The notes below the pieces were generated by a model that saw only the letters and a list, made by a program, of their open reading frames with translations, was not told the origin of the DNA and searched no databases. Positions 27,087 through 41,963 of a DNA stretch of 64,000 bases are shown piece by piece (position 1 is the stretch's first letter; every line of letters begins with the position of its first letter). A program made the translations under genes and the position numbers. This DNA comes from Octopus sinensis (lineage: Eukaryota), in NCBI RefSeq assembly GCF_006345805.1, contig NC_042997.1, forward strand, positions 93,062,001-93,126,000, written 5' to 3'.

Positions 27087-27290
27087 CATATGCACCGTAA
27101 CTTATCAAAATATATAAGTATATTGCCGAATAAAATAATTAGTGGCATTTATTCCAGTACTTTACTTTCTGAGTTCGAGTGCTACATTTCATGCATCGAG
27201 GATCGATAAAATAATTACTAACTGAACACTAGAGGCGATGCAATCGACTTTCTCCCTCAAAGGTCAACCATTGTGCCTATAGCAAAAATG

Positions 27291-27329
<39 letters not shown>

Positions 27330-28830
27330 GCCTTTGTACAGCTTCTAACGCTGGAGATGTACTACGATGTCAGCTGTTCACTACCAGTGAACTAAGGTAA
27401 CACATTCCGGAGTATTCGGGCTGTTCCAATCAGTGCTGTTTTCTGCAAGTGCTCCACCCTTATTGCAGCACCTATTTGTTCCACATACTTCTCGAGATTC
27501 TTGCTTACTGTTCCCAGGGCCCCGACAATTATTGGTACTACTGCTACCTTTTTCATCGACCACAACAGCTTAACTTCCCAAGCTAACCTGTCATATCCCT
27601 CGACATTTCTTTCTTCCTTATCGCATACCTTGTTGTCCGCTGGGAATGCTATATCTATAGTCCAGCATAGTTTGTTTTCTTTCACAATTAAGACTATATC
27701 TGGCTTCCTATTCTCTATCTCATGGTCGCACTGAATCATAAAGTCCCATAGGATTTTTTCATTTTCATTTTCGACGATGCCTTCGGGTTTGTGGTCGTAC
27801 CAATTTTTTGCTCCATCAAGTCCATACTTGCTCCATCAAGTCCATTGCAAAGTATCCAATGTGCAACCCTGGTTATATTGTCATGATGTCTCTTATATTG
27901 CTTCTGGGCTAGTGGCGTACATTGGCTGGTAATATGCCATACAGTTTCACCATTTTGTCTTCAGATTCTACACTTATCATTTTCTGTTGTGTTGTCTATT
28001 CTGTATTTTATGTAGTTTGTTCTTAGTGCTTGCTCTTGGGCAGCACAGATTAGAGCCTCCGTTTCTGGTTTTAAATAACTTTTTTAGTCATCCACAGCCA
28101 TCTTTTTTCTCTGTCTTATTTTTAACATCCCTATGAAATTGACCATGCATTCATTTCTTTACCCACCTATTTTCGGTTTCATTCGTTTTCAATTTCTTGT
28201 ACAGTGCTTTGCAGTCTTTCATCCTACACAAGCCTGACTTTCTTCTAATAATAGCGGTTCTGTGGTATTTTTACATACCATGCTATGTCGTTTTCTTCTG
28301 CTCTAATGCTGTGTTCGCATCCAATAAGTCCTCTTTCTCCTCTTTTTCTTGGTACATACAGTCTGTCTGTGTTACTTTTTGGGTGGTGTGTCCTATATCT
28401 AGTTATCAGCTTCCTTGTCTTTCCGTGTAAGCTGTTTAGTTTGTCTACTGTCCATGCGATTACCCGTGCTCCATATCTAAGGAGTGAAACGGCCCAGGTG
28501 TTGATAACTTCAATCTTATCCTGTCCGTTTAATTTCAACTTAAGGATTAGTCGCATTCTGCACAAGTACTCCACCTTAAATTTTTCTGTCATTTCTTTCT
28601 CAATCAATTTATCCATTTTCAATATCCTCAAGTACTTATAATCCGTCTCTTCTATCTGCTTCATAACCTCCCCCGATGGTATCGTTAGCCCGTCCATACA
28701 TTTGATTTTGCCTCTCTTCAATACTAACACACTACACTTTCTCAGTCCGAACTCCATTCTGATATCAGCACTGAAAGTCTACACCGTATCAACAAGGGAA
28801 CTGAGTTGGGATTCATCTTTAACATAAAAA
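27330..28830 (-). mobile_element. R4/Dong-clade non-LTR retrotransposon, 5'-truncated (RT C-terminus, CCHC, restriction-like endonuclease)
   Basis: MEFGLRKC...YKYL, KLNGQDKIEVINTWAVSLLRYGA, RLYVPRKRGERGLI, RKPDIVL...IDIAFP, VPIIVGALG, LQKTALIGTARILR; 3' end abuts (TAA)n. Confidence 0.88.
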
Positions 28831-28834
28831 GACA

Positions 28835-28999
28835 TGCTCACCTGGTTAAGGGCCAGCAAATGACAAGCAAATCTGTGGTATTGAGCAAAATATTTGCTGT
28901 AGGCCATCATTTATACCAAGACAAAACAATGTGCATGGTAGCATTTCCAATCAGTTAAGATCAGAAGCCATGAGCGTCACTGCCTGGATCTGCATCAGG
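28835..28999. repeat. Terminal ~165 bp of the (TAA)n-associated repeat, fused to the Dong 5' breakpoint
   Basis: gacatgctcacctggttaagg...gatcagaagccatgagcgtcactgcctggatctgcatcaggg matches 31540-31712. Confidence 0.75.
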
Positions 29000-29036
29000 G
29001 TATTTATTATTATTATCATCATCATCATCATCATCA

Positions 29037-29071
<35 letters not shown>

Positions 29072-29116
29072 CATCATCACCATCATCACCATCATCACCA
29101 TCATCACCATCATCAC

Positions 29117-30420
<1,304 letters not shown>

Positions 30421-30487
30421 TATTATTATTATTATTATTATTATATTATTATTATTATTATTATTATTATTATCATTATTATTATTA

Positions 30488-30530
<43 letters not shown>

Positions 30531-30545
30531 GTTATTATTATTATT

Positions 30546-30992
30546 GAGTGAGAGAGCAGTTCATGCCATCAAAGTGACACTGGGGTAAAATATACGAAGC
30601 CCAATATACCCATCATGACTACCCGTCTGATAAAGGTACACCAGGCATATGCATCACAACCATATGTGCGCGACATGGTGATCTCATATCAAGATAAACA
30701 GCACATGACCTTGCAGGTGGAGCCCAGTTAGAATTTTCTTCAGGTAGAGTAGCCCATCCCGCTCAAACGGTCCCTGAATAAGGGTTGTTTAAGGATGTTG
30801 AAAGAACCACCCATGTTTCCAGAGGTGAATTATTCAAACCCCAAAGAATCCCTCTCAACACATGGCTATGATGCTCCCCCACTACTTCTGCTCGTGATCA
30901 GAGATGCACATATCGTCAGCCACTAAGGAACATGCTCAACTGGTTAAGGTCAAACAACTGACAAGCAAATCTGTGGTATTGAGCAGAATATT
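30546..30992. mobile_element. ~550-bp (TAA)n-associated non-coding repeat, truncated copy
   Basis: Shares sequence with 31159-31712 and 39732-40218; flanked by (ATT)n. Confidence 0.8.
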
Positions 30993-31077
30993 ATTATTAT
31001 TATTATTATTGTTATCATCATCATCATCATCATCATCATTAATATTTTTCATTATTATCGCTATTATTATTATTATC

Positions 31078-31137
<60 letters not shown>

Positions 31138-31158
31138 ATTATTATTATTATTATTATT

Positions 31159-31712
31159 GAATGAGAGAGCTGTGTATGACATCAAAGTGACACTGGGGTA
31201 TAATATACGAAACCCAGTATACCCATCATAACTAGCCGTCTGATAAGGGTACACCAGGCACATGCAACACAACAATATGTGCGCGACACAGTGATCTCAT
31301 ATCAAGATAAACAGCACATGACCTTGCAGGTGGGTCCCAGTTAGAATTTTCTTATGGTCAAGTAACCAATCCTGCTCAAAAGGTCCCCGAATGAGGGTTG
31401 TTTAAGGACGTTGAACGAAACACCCATCTTTCCAGAGGTGAATTATTCAAACTCCAAAGAATCCCTCTCAACACATGACTATGATGCCCTCCCACTACTT
31501 CTCCTCGTTATCAGAGATGTACATATCGTCAGACATTAAGAGACATGCTCAACTGGTTAAGGTCAAACAACTGACAAGCAAATCTGTGGTATTGAGCAGA
31601 ATATTTACTGTAGCCCATCTTTTATACCAAGACAAAACAATGTACATGATAACACTTCCAATCAGTGAAGATCAGAAGCCACGAGAGCCACTGCCTGGTG
31701 CTACATCAGGGC
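31159..31712. mobile_element. ~550-bp (TAA)n-associated non-coding repeat, full copy
   Basis: gaatgagagagctgtgtatgacatcaaagtgacactgggg...gagccactgcctggtgctacatcagggc, between (ATT)n tracts. Confidence 0.8.
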
Positions 31713-31732
31713 ATTTATTATTATTATTATTA

Positions 31733-31803
<71 letters not shown>

Positions 31804-34064
31804 AACAACAACATCATCATCATCATCATCATCATTATTGTTGTTATTATTATGGTCGTATTCAATAAATATGCTTATCAATAATAATATAAGACTTACT
31901 AAACCAAAAACATACAGGAGTGAACCTGAGTAATCAGTGCCAACTTGACCATATTGAGTGAATATAGATATAACATACAATTACTCTAAAACTGATATTT
32001 TAAATGAAATATGGTTCTCACATATAATGCTCAGAGAATTAATAAATCAGAGATCAACCAGATTAAGGTCAGGTTGTCGGTTCCAGTTTCACCATAACAG
32101 GTGGATACAAGCGTAACATACAATTATGTTCGAGTCTAACTTCTATATAAAGATATGAGTCAGAAATAATCACAATAATGTCACATAACAACCTAAATAT
32201 TTCAAGATAAATCAACTAATGGATTTGGCTAACTAAAACTAGAAGTAGGATCTCCGTTTTAGGTACACGAATTCAAGTAGGTACTAGATAATTATATAGT
32301 TAACAAAATCAACAAAAATAGGATGGCTAATGGTAAAAAAGTTACGAATAAAGGATGTACTTAGGTAGGACATAATGACACTATAGTAAACCTGATATCA
32401 CATGCAACGTAATTAAGATAATAGGTACATTGAATATGTGACTTAAGATTTATGAGAGCTGAGGTGACGTGTTACGTATTTTGAGATTTTCCCAAACAAA
32501 GAGGGCCGGAGAACTAAGATAATCATATAGGACGGTAGGAAGGTTGAAACGTTATTATCTAGAAAGGGTTAAATTTCTTATAGTCGACTAGCAGTAGGAC
32601 ATTTCAATTAAAGTTAATAGGTTAATTTTCCGGATTATATTGGTGGGAATGCGGTACATATGTGGACATAGTAAATTATCTCATCTCGTTGGTTAATCAT
32701 ATTTGATTTACCACTAATGTATTCATAAGTTTCAGATATACACAAATTTCATTTATCATTGCTACTCCTGTATGGTTATGTTTTATGTATAATTGATTGA
32801 GCGATCTCATACTCAATATTTTTATCAGTAGGCATTCATAGGAAATTAGCTAAATATGTTAAATTAGACTTACGCCTATCTCTAAAGCTATTTTATGGAT
32901 ATTACATCTGAATTTAATCACCTTAAATCCAGATGAGCAATCTGATTCATTACGTTACAGCACAATTATATTTTAATATATGTGCATCTACAGGTACATT
33001 TCTGTTTTGGATGATTTAGTGTCACAGATGTAACTGGTTACATATTACGAAACAGCTGTCAATAGATGAAATACACATATCATCTCTCATTTCTCTTATT
33101 TTGGTTAATTATTATATATACAAATATATTATATTTTGGAACTCAAATTTACAAATTATAGTTACTATTTTCATATTACCTATCCTCCAGATGGGAAATG
33201 TGAACATTGTAGTTGTTTATATATTAATATTTGAAATATTAATATATGAATACACACGCACACACATATGTGTGTATGTGCACACGTGCATGTATGTTAA
33301 TAAGCTCCCTTTGAAGCTACGTGCTTTCGAGTTCCATCTCGCTGCAGTGCATCTTGGGCAAGTGTCTTCTACTATAGACCTGGGCCAATTAAAGCCTTAT
33401 GAATGAATTAGGTAAACAGAAACTGCGTGGAATATCGTCGCATATATGTGTGTGTGTTTGTGTGTGTGAGTGTGCATATGTATAGTGTGAATATGTGAGC
33501 ATACAAGTGTGCGCGCGAGAAGCATGTGTGTGTATCTGTCTCCCACCACTGTTCGACTATCATGGTTTATGTCCCTGTATTTCAGTGTCTCGGCAAAGGA
33601 TACCGATAGAATAAGTACCATAAGTACCTGACGATAAATGATAAGAATATCTGCATGTCTATGTGTGTACGTAGGTGCATGCGCGCACAGGTGTGAGTGT
33701 ATTTTTTTGTGTGAGCGTTTGCGCGTGTATGGAATAGTATGTCAGTAAAAAATTAACATTACAAATAACTGTTGACTGGAAGACTTATTGCTGGTTTAAG
33801 ATTTACAGCTTAAGTGCTAGCCCTAGGCGCTTTTGAGTTCATAGCTCTTCATCATTTGGGTTTAGTTTTTACTTACCTTACAAGAAAACTTCGGAGAAGT
33901 GTCAGCTAGAGGCAATGGACCACATTTTGCAAAACGAGTGTGTATCACAGAAGGTACAAAAATACACAGACCACACAGAATACCTAATACAGACGTTAGA
34001 AAGGCGTATGAAAGGCAGAGAGAGAGAGAGAGACAGAGAGAGAGACAGACAGACAGACAGAGAC

Positions 34065-34123
<59 letters not shown>

Positions 34124-34214
34124 CAGTAAAGAATAATAGAGAATGTAAAAATGTTAGAAGGATATTACAAAGGCAAGAGAAATAAGGGTCCATTTCAGCC
34201 TGCCATATTCTTTT

Positions 34215-34590
34215 CTACTCTACGCACAAGGCCCGAAATTTGGGGTGATTAGATCGTCCCCAGTAAGCAACTGGTTCTTAATTTATCGACCTCGAAAGGA
34301 TGAAAGGCAAATTCGACCTCGGCGGAATTTGAACTCAGAACGTAAAGACAGACGAAATACCTATTTCTTTATTACCCACAAGGGGCTAAACACAGAAGGG
34401 ACAAACAAGGACAGATAAACGGATTAAGTCGATTACATCGGCCCCAGTGCGTAACTGGTACTTAATTTATCGACCCCGAAAGGATGAAAGGCAAAGTCGA
34501 CCTCGGTGGAATTTGAACTCAGAACGTAACGGCAGACGAAATACCTCAAAGCATTTCACCCGGCGTGCTAACGTATCTGCCAGCTCACCG
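34215..34590 (-). mobile_element. SINE family A composite (tandem partial plus full copy)
   Basis: Two cgaaaggatgaaaggcaaa.tcgacctcgg.ggaatttgaactcagaacgtaa units. Confidence 0.85.
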
Positions 34591-34744
34591 ATTGCAGTGC
34601 ACATGCTGTAAATCGATTGAGAAGCTGTCTCAAGCAGAGAGGTGATACGTATAGTCTAACGAAAACAATACGTTAGAAACATGTCGTTCAGCCAATAACG
34701 CATCAGATCAAAGAATAAATCATTAGACAGCTTCCTGTTAATAT

Positions 34745-35323
34745 CTTTCATCTTTTACTTGCTTCAGTCACTAGACCGCGGCCATGTTGGGGCATCACCC
34801 TGAAGAATTTTTAGTCGAATGAATCGAGCCTACTTACTTATTTTTTTTGCGAGCCAAGTACTTATTCTTCTGATCTCTTTTGCCAAGCCGCTAAGTTACG
34901 GAGACGTAAACGCACTAACACCAGTTGTAAAGGACTGACACAGATACACACGTGCGCGCGCAAAGCTTGCTTCCCAACCACATGGTTCCGAGTTCTGTCC
35001 CATTGCGTGGGACGAGCCGACCAAAGTCTTGTGAGTGGATTTGGTAGACGGAAACTGAAAGGAGCCCATCGTATATATATGTGTGTGTGCGCGTGTATTT
35101 ATGTGTATGTGTTTTTGTGTCTGTGCTCCCCCCCACCATCGCTTACAACCGATGTTGGTGTGTTTATGTCTCCGTAACTTAGTGGTTTGGCAAAAAAGAC
35201 TATTAATATACGTACTAGGCTTACAAAGAATAAGTTCCGAGGTCGATTTCTTCGACTAAAACCCTTTAAGGCGGTGCTCCAGCATGGCTACTGTCAGATG
35301 ATTGAAACGTGTAAAAGTCTAAA

Positions 35324-35330
<7 letters not shown>
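34745..35330. mobile_element. Rearranged SINE family B pieces (minus tail, inverted head, plus body and tail)
   Basis: Family B motifs on both strands around 34920-35000. Confidence 0.65.
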
Positions 35331-35390
<60 letters not shown>

Positions 35391-35401
35391 TTATATTTAT
35401 T

Positions 35402-35456
<55 letters not shown>

Positions 35457-35458
35457 AA

Positions 35459-35528
35459 TATAACCAAGAAAAAAGCAACAAGAATGGATTAGTACTAATC
35501 CATTCTTGTTGCTTTTTTCTTGGTTATA
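35459..35528. repeat. Perfect 70-bp palindrome next to (TA)n
   Basis: ...accaagaaaaaagcaacaagaatggattagt|actaatccattcttgttgcttttttcttggt... Confidence 0.95.
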
Positions 35529-35770
35529 ATCACCCCACATAACTTTATGGTTAATACCATAAAGAATTCTGGTACATCTAAGTTAAGTACCATATTCGTT
35601 TGAATTCATTGGAATTCATTTGAATCTTAATTATTCTGCTGAGAATATATATATATATATATATATAATTAATCAATATAGGGTGGCAAGGAAAATTTTA
35701 TAGAATTTTATTGCCACCAGCGGCCCAGTGGGAAAAAATTAAATAGTCATAGACCATTTTTAAGTTCAAC

Positions 35771-36090
35771 ATTAACAATTAAGGAACGGCCATAATAGGC
35801 CATTCACCCACTAGAAATAACAGCCAAAGCTTCTACCGCAAAAAGATTAAATCCGTAAACAGGAGAAAATTAAAAAAACATTTACCCTGTAATTTCTTGT
35901 ACGGTATACCGTTTCATCCTCTGTTTAATGGCATTAAACAGAGGATGAAACGGTATACCGTACAAGAAATTACAGGGTAAATGTTTTTTTAATTTTCTCC
36001 TGTTTACGGATTTAATCTTTTTGCGGTAGAAGCTTTGGCTGTTATTTCTAGTGGGTGAATGGCCTATTATGGCCGTTCCTTAATTGTTAA

Positions 36091-36091
<1 letters not shown>
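35771..36091. repeat. Perfect 321-bp palindrome (160-bp arms, 1-nt centre at 35931)
   Basis: Arms are reverse complements by direct reading; right end runs into (TA)n. Confidence 0.93.
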
Positions 36092-36130
<39 letters not shown>

Positions 36131-36926
36131 CAAGACTCATGTAATGCATAAATTTGGTAAGACTGAGCAGTAAAGATATTTACTTAAGCGGGCGCGGAAC
36201 CCAAATTTCTCAATATATCAGTGAAAAACTAAAAGAAATCCATCTCTTGGAGAAGTTTGAATCTGAAAGCATTTACGCCTAAGTGTTAACCAGCAAAAAG
36301 ACTACCCTTTCAGTCACAAGTCCCTGGCTATGTTTTTCCCGCGCGCGTGTGGCTTCTATTATCTTTTGCTATTAGGCATACATAACAGCTCCGTAGTAGT
36401 AACTACAGTAAAAATATGCTTGAAGTTAGCCTACTCATTACATACATAACGTACATACATAAAATTTAAAATTCGACAACTATAATGTTAATTATCAGTT
36501 TACAGCTTTGAACTTGCACAAAAAGAATTAAATTCAAAGCAATAAATAGACAAATGGAAACGCTAGTTGTACCCCCAAGAAAGTATAAATTAACTCAAAT
36601 GCCTATTCTTCTCTCGAAATATGATGTTTTGTTCCTAAGTAAGAAAGCAATGTTGTGAGCAATAAATCTGTAAGTTAATACTCGACAGCATTAAAATAAT
36701 AAAACAAAATAGCCAACGAATGTTGTTAAAATTCAGTCCTTATCTTTGCAAGTGACTTGTTTTTTTTTTCTGCGTGCGACTTTATTATGACCAACATTAT
36801 TTGTATTCTTTTTTGTTTTCATTTTTTACTCTTTACTTTCAGACCTGTAAAACATGTACGAATCATGCTACACATATGAAAATAATATTTTTGTATAGAG
36901 AGGGATCGGTACTACATTGATATACA

Positions 36927-37160
36927 AGGCAGTGAGCTTGCAGAAACGCTAGCACTCCGGGCGAAATGCTTTGCGGTATTTCGTCTGCCGTTACATTCTG
37001 AGTTCAAATTCTGCCGAGATCGACTTTGCCTTTCATACTTTCGGGGTCGATAAATTAAGTACCAGTTACGCACTGGGGTCGATATAATCGACTTAATACC
37101 TATGTCTGTCCTTGTTTGTCCCTTCTGTGTTTAGCCCCTTGTGGGTAATAAAGAAATAGG
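36927..37160 (+). mobile_element. SINE family A
   Basis: ggcagtgagcttgcagaaacgctagcactccgggcgaaatgc...gcctttcatactttcggggtcgataaattaagtacc. Confidence 0.85.
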
Positions 37161-37769
37161 TACTACTTTGATATACGATCTACGTATCATGAAATTGTTT
37201 TGGTATGTGATCTACACTTTATATTGTGATCTACAACAAGAAAAGTTATACTTATCAAGACAAGTAAAAAACACGTATCGCGTTCGAATGTCTTTTTAAT
37301 AATAAATGTATTAAATAATAAATTTTAATAATAAATGTATTGACGATGAAATTAGTAAATGTGCTTCAAATTTGTTTCATTCTAATTTCTTTTTGATAAT
37401 AAATGTATAAAATGTATAGAAATTTTAAGTGGTGGTGTTGCCAACGTTGGTCTTTATAATAATAAATGGCAGGGGTCAGAGAAGATGGTTGTGATAATAA
37501 TCATGGTGATGGTGCTGGTTAGTGATGCTGGTGGCTATTGCTTGTTTAGTGTTAGTCGTTGTGGTAATGGTGGTGGTGGTGGTGGTGGTGGATATGGTGG
37601 TGGTGGTGGTAGTAACACTTGTGTGAAATATTCGTAAATTGTTCATAAATTTTAAATGTACATTTGAATATATAGAGAATATCAATAATTTTAAGTCCGA
37701 AATATCAGATTATAATAGAACTACAAAACACGAGAATTTAGTCTACTTAGGTCATACTCGGTATTTTTT

Positions 37770-38790
37770 TAGTATAAAATGATAACGCATATTTCTTCTT
37801 GTTCGTTAGTGCAAGCAAATAATGGGTTCTGAGCGGAAGCAAAATGCCGAAGGAGAGCTGCAGGTTGTCTACAGAGAAGACAACTTTGACAAGAGAAATA
37901 TGTATAAATGGTGGAAAAAGTGTAAAGAAGAGGAAACCAGTACTGAAGACAAACCATGTAGCGGAAGACCATCAACAGTGACCATTGACATGAATCGCCA
38001 GCGAGTGGACGAATTAATTCGCGTGGACAGATGATTCACAATCCCTGAGCTTGTCGCACAATTGAACAGTAGTCACAATGCATTACGGAAGATGGTGTAA
38101 GACTTTGGGTATCGGAAGGTGAGTACCACGGCAGCTGACACACGAAGGAGAAAATGGTAAAAGTCTGTTCTGATCCGAAGGAAGACTTTGAAACCAATGA
38201 AGATATGTTTTGCTTTTTTTTCTGATTTGGTGACAGGGACAAAACTTGGAAGAACTTCACGATCCAGAAAGGGAGGCTCAGCCCTTGGAATGGCGTCACA
38301 CCTCTTTTAGGTTTAAGATCAAGAGTCAGCGATCGGCACGGAAAGTTGTGATGGCGGTCGTCATTCTCCTTCATTTTCTGGAGTGTTGTACCATAAATAT
38401 CGAGCGGTAGAATAAGACACTTAAAAAACTTAGGAAAAACTTATGAAGGAAGTGACCAAACAAGAATCTGAAAACGATCCACATTTAATATGATAATAGA
38501 TCACACACATCTTTGCCAATAATTCAGGCAATCGGCAAGCTGGATTGGTCAGTGGTCATCCATCCACCATGCAGCAAAGGTATGGCACCCTCTGGTTTCA
38601 CATGTGTAGTCTGATGAAGAACAGCTGAAGGGTGAACGATTTGATGGCGCAGACCAAGTGAAAACGGTTGTAAAGTAGGTGCAACTATACACACCTGGAT
38701 TTTTTCCAAAGAGGATTCGAAAGCTGAGTTCAGTGATGGCGCAGATGGATCGCTTGTGATGAAGCTTACGGTATTCATTTGTACTTAGTA
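37770..38790 (+). mobile_element. Decayed mariner transposase pseudogene
   Basis: VYREDNF...YKWWKK...EDKPCSGRPST (HTH); DLVTG.KTW and EWRH regions; KLDWSVVIHPPCSKGMAPSGFH matches the HPPYSPDLAPSD motif; frameshifts and stops. Confidence 0.8.
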
Positions 38791-39625
38791 GTGTTTCTTG
38801 CGTGTACAAATAGATGAACAACTGCTACTGCTAAGTTTAGACTTCCTTGTAGATTATCATCTACCGTATGTTTCCAGTAGAGCAGTTAAAGCAACTACTA
38901 AGGAGTATTATTAGTTATGAAATACAGAGCAAATGTTGGAGAATATATATTAGTTAATATTAAAATACTGTATATATTATATATATTAGTTCCTATGTAC
39001 ATCTCTGCATTGTAGTTGTTTGGAACTGGGCACTGGGTGTTCTAAATACAACAGGATGCTTAACCACAACGGATCCTGTAACGTAGTGCAATAAAGTATT
39101 CCCTGATGATCCGTTGTGATTAAGCATTCAATTGCATTTGAAACATCCAATACTAAGTTCCACACAAACATAATGGTGAAGCGTACGTAAGAAATAATAA
39201 TATAAACTTCTGTTTATCGTAATTTCTCCTACATTTGGTCTGGATATCATAATTAGCACTTTGTATACAGGAAGAAACATTCAACTAATCTGTGCAAATT
39301 GATCGACCTATATCAGCTAATATAAAAGTTATATCCACTTTTGCACTACCTTCAAACCGACCCATGTATTACAAAACTATCCAGAATCTTGAAGAGGGCA
39401 TTGACTTAGTCTGTAAGGTTCAATGATCAGTGGCCACTGACTTCTTGGGATTTTCTTATGTGTGTGTTCTGTCACAATTTTTCGTTAAATTTTAAAGTAA
39501 ACTAAACATTTTTGTTTTGCGCTTGCAGTCTGAATCTATAACATCCTCACATCCATCGCCTTTGAGGTAAATAAAGAAACAACAATTGTTGCCGTTTTTG
39601 TTGTTGTTACTGTTGTTGTTGTTGA

Positions 39626-39674
<49 letters not shown>

Positions 39675-39687
39675 GTTGTTGTTGTTG

Positions 39688-39731
<44 letters not shown>

Positions 39732-40218
39732 GAGAGAGCTGTGCATGCCATATAAGTGACACTGGAGTAAAATATACGAAGCCCAGTATACCCATCATGA
39801 CTACCCGTCTAATAAGGGTACACCAAGTACATGCATCGCAACCATATATGCCCCACATAGTGATCTCATATCAAGATAAACAACGCATGGCTTTGCAGGT
39901 GAGGGCCCCAGTTAAAATTTTGCTCAGGTCGAGTAGCCCATCCCGCTCAAATGGTCCTTGAATAAGGGTTGTTTAAGGATGTTGAACCAAACTACCATGT
40001 TTTCAGAGGTGAATTATTCAAACTTCAAAGATTTTCCTCTCAAAACATGGCTATGATGTTCCACCACTACTTCTCCTCGTGATCAGCGAAGCACATATCG
40101 TCAGCCACCAAAGGACATGCTCAAAACATGCACCAAGACAAAACATTGTACATGACAACATTTCCAATCAGTAAAGATCAGAAGCCATGAGAGCCAGTGC
40201 CTGGTACTGCATCAGGGC
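39732..40218. mobile_element. (TAA)n-associated repeat, third copy with internal deletion
   Basis: Homologous to 31159-31712; flanked by (ATT)n and (ATC)n. Confidence 0.8.
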
Positions 40219-40442
40219 AGTTATCATCATCATCATCATCATCATCATGATTATTATTATTATTATTATTATTATGCATGTACGTACTACATTAGAGGAA
40301 AATAGGAATAACAAAGTGAAATCTTTTGCAAACGTTCTTTTTGAGCAAACTCTAAATAGAAAACATTTTTGCCGAAAGGGTTAAAGTTTGGTAACATTTT
40401 GCCCACAAGTGAAACGTCAGTCTACTACAATCCATTACAGAG

Positions 40443-40950
40443 ATGCGCGTGAAGAGGAAGATAACGTTTGCGTGTTTGCCAATGCCACAGGAATTTACCT
40501 TGTTCAAAGAAAGACTTGGAACAGTCCTGGTAGATATTTTAAATAAAATCTCTTTTACTGAGAGAGGTGGCTGTATAGTGCCATCTCTGACATCTTTTAA
40601 ACAGCACGGGATTAATTGTCAGAGACACAATCGTCCATTAATTAGTCCTAAATATTTGGAACGAAGAAATACAGGAGTTACCGTAAGCGACACCGATGAC
40701 GATGTTGACCTTAGGCTGGCCGTCATTTTCGTAGCACAACATAGAAAGGTGGTCAATGTTGAAGTAACTTTTATCGATATGTGGTCGTGTGGGGTTACCA
40801 TGTACAAAAGTCCCCAATATCAAAAACAAAAACAATATCAAAACTGTGTCGGGTAGAGTGTACTGAAAAACCTTAAAACTCAGTAACCAATACAAAGGGC
40901 CAAGCTGCTTTACATGTGGAAGCAAAAGCCATTTAAGGGTTTTCTGCTAA
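40443..40950 (+). pseudogene. Gag/ORF1-like retroelement remnant with CCHC zinc knuckle
   Basis: caagctgctttacatgtggaagcaaaagccatttaagggttttctgc encodes CFTCGSKSHLRVFC (CX2CX4HX4C) just downstream of a 137-aa ORF; stops intervene. Confidence 0.5.
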
Positions 40951-41904
40951 GAAAACCTATAAAACAATAACAACAAGAAAAAAATCCTGGGAGCTGTTGG
41001 TTCTAAGGCGACACCAGACACAATTCCGGAATCGGAAAGTAAAAAACAAATTTCTCCGTCTTCATTACGAGGAGCGAACCACAAGAGCCAAGAAACTTCT
41101 CTTTCATCTACAATCGGCGAAGAGAACGAGAATAACACTCAACAGCAGCAGCAGCCAACAACATTTAGAACTAAGAGACGAGGAAGCATGCCACCCTATC
41201 CACATATCAAGATATCAAGATAGGCACTTAACGAGGGCTGAAGGAGATAAGTAAATTTCTTCGGAAAAACGGAAAAAGAACTTAAGAAAACAATATTTAA
41301 AAAATACAAAGTGTGAAAAGGTGACATTATGAAAAGGAGATATTCTCCGCCGATGAAGAACTCCCTTTATACAGAGATGAGGCCATCTCTTGCGCGAACT
41401 AAATGAAATGAAATTCACAACCTTTCACAAGACTAATGCAGATCTAATAAGCCACTTAATAAGAAATTCACTAGTAATTTCCAATGAAAGTACGGACCGG
41501 AAAGGAAATGGAATCTCATTTTAAACAACATATAATAACAATACATTTCAGATAAACATTATGAAGCGTTATGTCAGTCACCCACAGGATGTGGGTCCTC
41601 GTTTCCCGACTATTTCTCCCAAGGGACACCTTACAGAAGGTTCTGTGATCTACATCTATGAACAATGCAAAAAAGCATCAGAAAGGTTACTTAATCAGGA
41701 ATATGGGGTACCTTGTTTTCCTTATTGTGCGGTTCATTATAATCTTTCTTTCCGTGTAAATATTTGTGTAGTTTTGTTATAAATTTTACATTTATTTAAT
41801 ATTTTTTATGTCTTTCACTTCTCACACAGTCTTTGTAAGCCCCCTTATCAAAATACGTTGCATTTTTTGTATCTCTCTGAACCCTTCTAGCTAATAAATA
41901 GAAA

Positions 41905-41963
<59 letters not shown>

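Noticed and set aside
31640-31712. HDV-like ribozyme at the end of the TAA-associated repeat
   Set aside because: P1 has a mismatch, P3 pairs poorly and the P2 partner is incomplete; left as a computational check only
32510-32565. gataat...gaaacgttattatc, hammerhead-like 3' half
   Set aside because: No CUGANGA or UUGANAA core in register
38610-38640. ctgatgaagaac, a possible hammerhead core
   Set aside because: Lies in mariner transposase coding remnant; no stem II or GAAA partner
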